A stretch of 23,759 nucleotides of DNA, from contig CAYVGZ010000012.1 of NCBI GenBank assembly GCA_964450845.1, forward strand, positions 1 through 23,759. The letters run 5' to 3'. Below the pieces are notes generated by a model. The model ran no database searches. It was not told where the DNA came from and worked only from the letters and a program-made list of their open reading frames with translations. A program made the position numbers and the translations under genes. Shown here piece after piece: positions 9,258 through 16,095 of this stretch (positions are counted from its first letter, which is position 1; each line of letters opens with the position of its first letter). This DNA comes from an uncultured Candidatus Bathyarchaeia archaeon (GTDB lineage Archaea > Thermoproteota > Bathyarchaeia > Bathyarchaeales > Bathycorpusculaceae).

Positions 9258-10014
9258 TTATTTAACCTCCAATGCTTTGTAAAATGGAGTTGTTCCTTCC
9301 ACATGGTCTAATGCTATCATGTTTCTTCTGCGCATGTCCACAATTTGTCTAAGCACGTCTGATGGTTTCATTTCAACTGTTTTTGCTAAATCTTTGACCG
9401 AAAGTGGCCTAGTTTTCGTTAATAGGTAAAATTTATGTCGAATGAACTCTTCTTTAACAATTTCATCCATCAATGCGTCAAACTCATCTTGAGGAATTTT
9501 CTCGCCATAAACATTCACGCCTTCTGTCAACTCTTTTTCTCTTCCAAGCAAAACTCTCAAGCGAAAATCAGAAGCAGCATTCTTAGCCGCTAAAACATTC
9601 ACCATTAATCCAGATTCCAGCTTCCCGCTTTTTAAAGGAGAAGAACCGAGCTTGGCTATTTCACTAGAAAATTCTTTTGCATAGTAATTGAAGCTTTTCT
9701 CCTCTAAAGGCGAAACCAGAAGAAGTTTTTATACGTTCAGGCTCTAAGCCAGTAAACGCTACAAGCTTCTTTAACATTTTGACTGCACGTTCTGCTTGAA
9801 CGTTTCCTTCAATAAAGTGGCAGTCAGGCGGCTTGCAGCCAACCATCATAACAGCGTCTGCGCCTTTTTCAAGCGTCTCAAGGACTATGACTGGATCGAT
9901 TCTTCCTAGGCACATGACACGGACGACATTTACGTTGGATGGAACATGCATTTCACTCTGGCAAAAAGTCCAGTTGCACATGAAACAAACAATCTTATGC
10001 TCACGAGAACCCAT
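9258..10014 (-). pseudogene. MvhD-like [2Fe-2S] domain fused to a helical/winged-helix domain, interrupted by a single extra base (ORFs 9664-10014 and 9258-9605). May be a sequencing error rather than a true pseudogene.
   Basis: Removing one base of the T5 run at 9726-9730 changes ERIKTSSG... into ERIKLLLVSPLEEKSFNYYAKEFSSEIAKLGSSPLK. This aligns with MvhD ERVRLEWVSASEGDKFATIVRDMVEQIKKLGPNPLK and reads in frame into ORF 9258-9605, giving 251 aa. Confidence 0.85.
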
Positions 10015-10020
10015 AATCTA

Positions 10021-11736
10021 TCACTCCTTCACAGTTGCTAAGGCAAGGCTCATTATTTGCTCGTTAGACACTTTCTTCATTGTTATGGCTTGTTCAGGGC
10101 ACCTTGCTACACATATTCCACAGCCCTTGCAAAGGTCTTCATTCACTTGTGCAACCTCTCTTTCATTCTTTTTAATCGCCCCAAACGGGCAAACAACTGC
10201 ACAAACATTACAGCCTGTGCAAAGACCTTCATCCACAACAGCCTTGTCAGCTTCACATAATTCCAAGTTTCCGAGGCACTCTGCGCATGGGCCACAGCCT
10301 AAGCAGCGAAAAGCTTCAAACATTGCTTTCTGTTCTATCTTTTTTAAATACTCTTTTGCTTCTTCAAAACTCAGCCGTGGCTTCTCCAATGGAGACTCAT
10401 ACCTACGTTCTTTCTTTCCGACGTGCCCCCAGTTTTTAACCCACGTTGTCTCTTCAACGTTTCCTTCCCTTCCTTCACGCAAGTCTTGCCCCGTCAAGTA
10501 GAGATTGATTGAAACAGCTGCTCTTTTTCCTGCTCCGACAGCTTCAATTATGCTTGCTGGTCCTGTGGCTATGTCGCCTCCTGCAAATACACCTGGCAAT
10601 CTAGTTTCTAATGTCACTGGATCAACTTGCATTGATGGAACTTTTGCTTCCTTGTCCCAAAGCTCCTCGGGTACGCATGACATTTCTGCTACTTGTCCAA
10701 GGGCAGGAATTACCATGTCCACCTCGTATTGATGTTCAGAGAAGCTTATTGGAATTGGGCGCCTTCTGCCGCTTGCATCAGGTTCACCCAACCGCATGCG
10801 CAAACATTCAACAGCCTTAACCTTGCCATTTTCACCTATGATCTGTTTTGGTGCAACTAGAAAATAGAATTTGATTCCGTCTCTTTCAGCTTCTGCAATT
10901 TCATGCGGTAGCGCTGGCATTTCTTCACGCGAACGCCTGTATAGAATCATGACTCGTTTTGCACCAAGTCTTTTTGCCGTTCTCGCAGCATCTATGGCGC
11001 TGTTTCCGCCACCAACAACCGCTACTTTTTCTCCAACATCAACATGCTCACCAAGCGCTACAGCCTTTAAAAAGTCAACAGCGTTTATTGAACCTTCTAA
11101 ATCTTCACCTGACACGTTTAACTTCATGCCTTGCTGAGCCCCAATAGCTATGAAAATGGCTTTGTAGCCTTCGTTTCGTAAGCTTTCAAGGGTTATGTCT
11201 TTTCCGAATTCCACACCTGTTTTGATTTCTACGCCTAAGTCTTTGATGTATGCTATCTCGTTTGCAACTACAAATTTTTCGAGGCGAAAGTCAGGAATGC
11301 AATAACGCATCATGCCTCCGTTTTCAGACATTCGCTCGAAAACTGTTACTGGATAACCGAGTTTTGCAAGCTCGTATGCAGCAGTTAAGCCTGCTGGACC
11401 TGCACCTATAATTGCAACTTTTTCACTATGCTTCTTTGGTATAGGCTCTGGTCTGACGCGCCCTTGATCACGCTCAATGTCAGCAACCAATCTTTTCAGA
11501 GCACGAATAGCCACTGCCTGATCAACATTCGTTCTTGCACATGCATCTTCGCAGGGACTGAAGCAAACTCTTCCACATATCGCTGGAAAAGGCATGTCTT
11601 TTCGTATAAGTTCCACAGCTTCCTTGAATTTTCCTCTCTGAATCAGAGAAACGTACCCTTGAACGTTAACATGTGCCGGACATGCAGCTCTGCACGGAGG
11701 GAATTTCTTTACGTTTGTGTGGCTATTATTTGCCAT
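10021..11736 (-). CDS. GltD/NfnB-like FAD/NAD(P)H oxidoreductase with N-terminal Fe-S clusters and an HdrA-type C-terminal 2x[4Fe-4S] ferredoxin
   Basis: PPCRAACPAH, CGRVCFSPCEDAC, GAGPAG, GGGNSA...YRRS, FAGGD, RCLGCGPCAEC, then CTGCNVCAVVCP and CKGCGICVARCP. ATG 11736 preferred over TTG 11778. Confidence 0.88.
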   Translation of the reverse strand: MANNSHTNVKKFPPCRAACPAHVNVQGYVSLIQRGKFKEAVELIRKDMPFPAICGRVCFSPCEDACARTNVDQAVAIRALKRLVADIERDQGRVRPEPIPKKHSEKVAIIGAGPAGLTAAYELAKLGYPVTVFERMSENGGMMRYCIPDFRLEKFVVANEIAYIKDLGVEIKTGVEFGKDITLESLRNEGYKAIFIAIGAQQGMKLNVSGEDLEGSINAVDFLKAVALGEHVDVGEKVAVVGGGNSAIDAARTAKRLGAKRVMILYRRSREEMPALPHEIAEAERDGIKFYFLVAPKQIIGENGKVKAVECLRMRLGEPDASGRRRPIPISFSEHQYEVDMVIPALGQVAEMSCVPEELWDKEAKVPSMQVDPVTLETRLPGVFAGGDIATGPASIIEAVGAGKRAAVSINLYLTGQDLREGREGNVEETTWVKNWGHVGKKERRYESPLEKPRLSFEEAKEYLKKIEQKAMFEAFRCLGCGPCAECLGNLELCEADKAVVDEGLCTGCNVCAVVCPFGAIKKNEREVAQVNEDLCKGCGICVARCPEQAITMKKVSNEQIMSLALATVKE

Positions 11737-11780
11737 TGTTAAACCAGCTGAGTGTAGAATAATACTCGTTCCCTGCAAAA

Positions 11781-11788
11781 TATATTAA
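11781..11788 (-). promoter_or_regulatory. Candidate TATA box of operon A
   Basis: TTAATATA on the minus strand about 45 nt upstream of ATG 11736, in the intergenic gap. Confidence 0.4.
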
Positions 11789-11847
11789 CCAACCTAAGTT
11801 AAACATAATTCAAATGTGACATAACGAGAGTGGAACAAAACACGTTT

Positions 11848-11854
11848 AAAAAAA
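11848..11854 (-). terminator. Oligo-T terminator candidate after the RHH-GcvH gene
   Basis: T7 run on the minus strand 13 nt after the stop at 11868. Confidence 0.45.
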
Positions 11855-11867
11855 GGGAAGATAGGGA

Positions 11868-12458
11868 TTATTCGCGTAATCTGCCTTCTAATTTGCTTAC
11901 CCACTTATTGTAATCCCGGGCACCTAGCAAGTTCCCTAATTCCTGTTCCAAGACCAGAGAGTTATTGGGTTTGATCTCCACGATCCATCCTTCTTTATAT
12001 GGGTCTTCATTGATTATGCGAGGCTCATTCTTCAGTTTTTCGTTAACCTTGACTATTTTACCAGTGACTGGTGCGTATAGGTCGAACATGAACATCCATG
12101 TTTCAGCAACGCCGAAAGGCTCCATTTTGTTGATTTCTTTTCCAACAGGATCAGTCATTACGTGAGCTATACCTTTTAGGTGATTTTGCGCATAGTCTGA
12201 AACTCCGACGCGGATGTTTCCTTTAGGTGTTACTTGAGCCCAAGTGTGTTTAGGCGTATATAACATCAACTCTGGTGTCAGCAAAAGTTCTTTGCGCTTT
12301 TCTGCTGGGATTCCTTCAGCACGCATAAGGTCTTCCAAGCGCAGGCGGATGGCTTCGGAGACGAATTCTGATATGCTTCGGTAGCGACCAGTTCTAATGG
12401 CTTCTTCGATTTCTTTGATGAGTTCTTGTCTTATACTCACGGTTTTCCATTCAGACAT
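11868..12458 (-). CDS. Ribbon-helix-helix (CopG/Arc/MetJ-type) domain fused to a glycine-cleavage H-protein-like domain lacking the lipoyl-lysine
   Basis: N-terminus WKTVSIRQELIKEIEE...YRSISEFVSEAIR (RHH). C-terminus LYTPKHTW, RVGVSDYAQ, GVAETWMFMFDLYAPVTG, VNEKL, INEDPYKEGWI (GcvH). Strong RBS GGAGGGTGA. Confidence 0.85.
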   Translation of the reverse strand: MSEWKTVSIRQELIKEIEEAIRTGRYRSISEFVSEAIRLRLEDLMRAEGIPAEKRKELLLTPELMLYTPKHTWAQVTPKGNIRVGVSDYAQNHLKGIAHVMTDPVGKEINKMEPFGVAETWMFMFDLYAPVTGKIVKVNEKLKNEPRIINEDPYKEGWIVEIKPNNSLVLEQELGNLLGARDYNKWVSKLEGRLRE

Positions 12459-12487
12459 TTTCCATCACCCTCCTTTTTCATCTGAGT

Positions 12488-12549
12488 GATATATAGCGCA
12501 AACCTGACATATATACTTGATGCATATACGATGTATAGAAGTATATACT
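12488..12549. promoter_or_regulatory. Array of TATAC/GTATA-type elements upstream of the RHH-GcvH gene (promoter and candidate operators)
   Basis: GATATATAG 12488-96, TATATACTT 12510-18 with its exact inverted copy AAGTATATA 12539-47, TATAC-gat-GTATA 12525-37, palindrome AGTATATACT 12540-49. Confidence 0.5.
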
Positions 12550-12621
12550 ATATTACACAATAACGGCAAGCCATAATTCTCTTTGAAGGCGTTATTTTAA
12601 ACACACTCACTGCACATTGTG

Positions 12622-12828
12622 TCACTTTTGTTGTCTGCCAAAATCTGACAGATTCCAGACACGTTCATGTATAAAATAAATGAGAGGTTTCAATACGAGT
12701 TCTGCGAATCCAATAGTGCCACTTAAAACCACGTTTCCCGTGAAAATAAACACCAAAAATATAGTTGTAAAAGACGCAACTATTCTCCAAGAAATTGCTT
12801 TTGCTAAACTTCTAATGGGCTTTTCCAT
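12622..12828 (-). CDS. DUF2061-family small membrane protein (68 aa)
   Basis: RSLAKAISWRIVA...FTG...E...IYFIHERVW signature with hydrophobic segments. ATG 12828 with GGAGA upstream. Confidence 0.8.
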   Translation of the reverse strand: MEKPIRSLAKAISWRIVASFTTIFLVFIFTGNVVLSGTIGFAELVLKPLIYFIHERVWNLSDFGRQQK

Positions 12829-12956
12829 TTCTAATCTCCTTTGCCGTACACTCTCTATTGGACAGTGCGTAAGCATAATTAACCCTTTCTAAATCCACAA
12901 GGTCCTGTAGTATGCTGCCAATGTTTCCAATGCTCATGTTTTTCTCCAAAATTCCG

Positions 12957-12968
12957 ATTAATATATAA
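12957..12968. promoter_or_regulatory. AT-only TATA-like element in the divergent DUF2061/PhoU intergenic region
   Basis: ATTAATATATAA, readable as a TATA box on either strand. Confidence 0.4.
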
Positions 12969-13038
12969 CAGAAACGGAAAAATACGGGTAATGGATATAG
13001 AACAAATAATGTAAATACTAGTAAAAACGGTGACTTTT

Positions 13039-14112
13039 TTGGAAAGCAGGAAAGTACAGAAAGTAGGATACTCAACTATAACTGTGTCGCTTCCAAGTGA
13101 ATGGGTAAAACAAAACAACATTAATCCTGGCGATCTTGTTTTTCTCACATCAGAAAAGGATGGCACATTAAGAATTATGCCGAGCCAGATTGCACACAAA
13201 GAAGAAGCAGAAGAATACATAATAAACACTGATGCATGCGACGAGAAGGGTATGCTTGAAAGAATAGTTGTTGGAAGCTACATACTTGGGCGCGATGTTA
13301 TACGAGTAACATCCTCACGCAGAATAGGAAAGGAACATGTTGATGAAGTTAGAAAGATTGTTCGCAAACTAATTGGTTTAGGCATTCTAGAAGAGACTCC
13401 GAAAAACATCCTTTTGCAATGTTCGGTTGATCCTGCCAAATTCAAACTTGACATGTTAATTAGACGATTATCTATAATTGCATCAACAATTTTGTCTGAA
13501 ACAATGCAGGCTTTTCTGGAAAAAAATAAATCTCTGGCAGAGGAAGCGATCAACCGTGAAGATGAAGCTGACACAATTTACTATCTTGCAGTGCGTCTGC
13601 TTCTTTCTGCACAGCTAAAACCAGATGTAGCAGAACAAATAGGCGCAACAGACGTTGTTTTTATCCCGGCTACCCGTGTGATACTACAATATTTAGAGTT
13701 AATTGCAGACTTTTCTGAAGACATAGCCAAAAAAATCATTGCACTTGATATTCGCAGAAGCAAATTGACCAAAGATATGGTTGAAAGAATTTATCATCTA
13801 AGCGAATTAGCACAAGTCATATTCCAGAAGGCCTTAGACTGCATTTTCACACGAGACCTTAAAGTTGCGAATGGATTGTTGGAAATGAAAAATGTGCTGG
13901 AAATGGAATCTGATAAGCTTATGCGAGAGCTTCCTGAAATTCCATATCTGAGAGCAATCATTTCATGTTTAAACAAAATCGGAGACATGGGTGCAACAAT
14001 TGCAGAAATAGCGATAAACAGAGCTCTGGAAAAACCAAGCAAAGAAGTGGAAAACATTATTCGAACAGTGAAGCACATGCGAACTTTACCATTGACGACG
14101 AGTAAGAAGTAA
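13039..14112 (+). CDS. Archaeal AbrB/SpoVT-domain plus PhoU-repeat regulator
   Basis: RKVQKVGYSTITVSLPSEWV..NNINPGD (AbrB-like); helical PhoU repeats with REDEAD. The longest ORF starts at GTG 13030; TTG 13039 sits 5 nt after GGTGA. Confidence 0.85.
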   Translation: MESRKVQKVGYSTITVSLPSEWVKQNNINPGDLVFLTSEKDGTLRIMPSQIAHKEEAEEYIINTDACDEKGMLERIVVGSYILGRDVIRVTSSRRIGKEHVDEVRKIVRKLIGLGILEETPKNILLQCSVDPAKFKLDMLIRRLSIIASTILSETMQAFLEKNKSLAEEAINREDEADTIYYLAVRLLLSAQLKPDVAEQIGATDVVFIPATRVILQYLELIADFSEDIAKKIIALDIRRSKLTKDMVERIYHLSELAQVIFQKALDCIFTRDLKVANGLLEMKNVLEMESDKLMRELPEIPYLRAIISCLNKIGDMGATIAEIAINRALEKPSKEVENIIRTVKHMRTLPLTTSKK

Positions 14113-14170
14113 TATTGATTAGCGTATACTTGCGTTATGCGTAACGTGAGAACGCTTAAGAGCACCGAAG

Positions 14171-14204
14171 TAAATACTATAAATACAGGCAAGAGGTCGA
14201 CCTC
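14171..14204 (+). promoter_or_regulatory. Promoter of the Hsp20-like gene: TATA box with direct repeat plus a 12-bp palindrome abutting the ATG
   Basis: TAAATAC twice (14171-77, 14180-86), TATAAATA 14178-85, GAGGTCGACCTC 14193-14204. Confidence 0.5.
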
Positions 14205-14675
14205 ATGGACGATTTTGAAGAAGCGTTGCGAAACATAGATGTTTTCTGCAAAGTCCTAGTTAAGAAACTTGCCGATAATGAAGACGGTAACATTGTTGTG
14301 GAGCCAATAGAAGAGTTACTCTACAGAAAAAACATAATAGACACGCAAGCAGAGCCAAATTCTTCACCTAAACATTTGATTTCTCTTCCACAAGCAGAAG
14401 AGCCTCTAATCGACGTTTTCGAAGACAATAATCACGTTAAGGTTTTGATGCAATGTCGCTGCAAAGACCAACCAGTTACGGTACACACAAGCACAGATGG
14501 TGTAGAAATCTGCAAAAAAGAATGTCACACAAACGCAGAAGGCCTTGAAGTATGCATAGATAAATGCCAAAAACTAAACGTGCCAGTTGAACATTTAGAA
14601 ATTGGAAACATGACCGCAAAATGTAGCAACAATGCAGTCTTCGAAGTGAACATTCCGAAAACAAGGTCAACGTAA
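14205..14675 (+). CDS. Divergent Cys-rich Hsp20/alpha-crystallin-like protein
   Basis: EEPLIDVFED..HVKV and terminal NNAVFEVNIPK resemble the first and last strands of archaeal sHSP alpha-crystallin domains; 8 Cys. Confidence 0.55.
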   Translation: MDDFEEALRNIDVFCKVLVKKLADNEDGNIVVEPIEELLYRKNIIDTQAEPNSSPKHLISLPQAEEPLIDVFEDNNHVKVLMQCRCKDQPVTVHTSTDGVEICKKECHTNAEGLEVCIDKCQKLNVPVEHLEIGNMTAKCSNNAVFEVNIPKTRST

Positions 14676-14691
14676 GCCATAAGCAGACGAA

Positions 14692-15567
14692 TTAGCCGAT
14701 TTTGTTTAGTACATTGTCCACTTTTATTTTGTGAAAATCAAGCACAAGCTCCTTCGAGTCTATTCCTAAGCCTAAGCTTAAAAGTTCCGAATAATGGAGA
14801 ACTGGCATATTGTAATCTTCGTGAAATGTTGACTTTATCAGCATCTGCCCCAAGTCTAGTGTTAAGAAACAGAAAGGGCAGAGAGTTGCTATACAGTCAG
14901 CGCCTGCTTTAGTGGTGTTCACGATTTTTTCACGGGCGATCGCCAATGCGACATCGTCAGCGTAACCCCTCAGAAGCCCTCCGCAACATTTCAACTTGTT
15001 TCGGTACCAAATGCTTTCTGCACCTAATGCCCCGATCAGATCGTCAAAGATGTGGGGACGCTCAGGGTCATCGAATTTGAGAAGTGTACTCGGTCTAAGC
15101 AGGTGACAGCCTGAAAACGATGCCACTTTCAGTTTGCCCAAATCTTTTGATACACTCTTCTTTAAGCGATCTAAGCCCACATCATTCATCAAGACTTGTA
15201 GGTAATGTTTCACTTCTTTGTTGCCCTTGAATTCTTTTCCAGCATTAGACAAAATTTGGTTCACTCTTGCCCGCAGTTTTTCATTTTCTTTCAACGTAGC
15301 ATTCGCCATAGCTAGAGACTCAAAACAGCCTGTGCATAATGTAACAATATTTAGGTCAGATTCTTCAGCCAGACAGATGTTGTATGCGGCAATGGATAAG
15401 CTTGTTTCCAAATCTATGGACTGCAACGGCGGTGGAGCGCAGCATGTCATGTTGTCTAGATCAACAAGCTCTATTCCCAGCTTAGCTAAAGCTTTCCTTG
15501 CAGACACTTCGTAGTGTGGCTGACGAGCTGGTATGGTGCAACCGAGAAATAGAGCATAACTTGTCAT
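14692..15567 (-). CDS. hdrB: Heterodisulfide reductase subunit B (copy 2)
   Basis: LGC, TCCA, CTGC, SGCH, KCCGG, CPFC: 10 Cys. ATGA overlap with hdrC2. Confidence 0.94.
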   Translation of the reverse strand: MTSYALFLGCTIPARQPHYEVSARKALAKLGIELVDLDNMTCCAPPPLQSIDLETSLSIAAYNICLAEESDLNIVTLCTGCFESLAMANATLKENEKLRARVNQILSNAGKEFKGNKEVKHYLQVLMNDVGLDRLKKSVSKDLGKLKVASFSGCHLLRPSTLLKFDDPERPHIFDDLIGALGAESIWYRNKLKCCGGLLRGYADDVALAIAREKIVNTTKAGADCIATLCPFCFLTLDLGQMLIKSTFHEDYNMPVLHYSELLSLGLGIDSKELVLDFHKIKVDNVLNKIG

Positions 15568-16079
15568 GATGCTTCTTCCTTCTTCTGCAACTCATCAAAC
15601 CCAGTGGCGGAAAGTATCTTTCTCAACCCATCTACGCCTGCTGGCTTAAGAGGCGGTAAACCCACTTCGGGTCTTTTCTTTTCCAAGAATTTAGAAATTG
15701 GGACTATGCGACCTTCACTCAACAATCCAGCTGCAAACTCTGAATAAATGTTTGGGATATTGCCTTCTTTGATGGCTATGTTTCTTAACGCGTAAATTAC
15801 ATCGGCTATTTCAACTTTTTGAGGGCATCGCTCTTGGCAGTTGTAGCATGAGCAGCAAAGCCATATTGCATCGCCAGAGAGAATCTCTTTCTTTTCTCCC
15901 CAAAGCGACAGTTTAATAACTTCTCTTGGATTGAACTTTTCTGTAATTTTAGCCACTGGACAGCTGCTGGCGCAGGTTCCACACTGGTAGCATAGAGTTA
16001 CAGTTTCACCGCCTAATCGACTCGTAATTTCCTTAGAAAACGCCAGGTCGTTGATGTTTTCTTCTTTTCTCTGCACCAT
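15564..16079 (-). CDS. hdrC: Heterodisulfide reductase subunit C (copy 2)
   Basis: CYQCGTCASSCP and IWLCCSCYNCQERCP. Confidence 0.94.
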   Translation of the reverse strand: MVQRKEENINDLAFSKEITSRLGGETVTLCYQCGTCASSCPVAKITEKFNPREVIKLSLWGEKKEILSGDAIWLCCSCYNCQERCPQKVEIADVIYALRNIAIKEGNIPNIYSEFAAGLLSEGRIVPISKFLEKKRPEVGLPPLKPAGVDGLRKILSATGFDELQKKEEAS

Positions 16080-16095
16080 TCCAGCTTGTCTCCGT

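Noticed and set aside
9258-9605. Independent 115-aa wHTH gene and separate 116-aa MvhD as listed in the ORF track
   Set aside because: MvhD homology continues in the shifted frame straight into this ORF, and ATG 9605 lacks a clear RBS.
11737-11778. TTG-started N-terminal extension of the flavoprotein
   Set aside because: It overlaps the promoter-like region, and ATG 11736 gives a more plausible N-terminus just before the PPC motif.
12879-13229. 116-aa minus-strand ORF (also 13278-13574, 13581-13772, 13794-14192)
   Set aside because: These overlap the AbrB-PhoU gene in antisense and have no motif support.
15440-15455. CCA instead of CCG in the first HdrB2 motif
   Set aside because: The residue after CC varies in bona fide HdrB proteins and all ten Cys are present.
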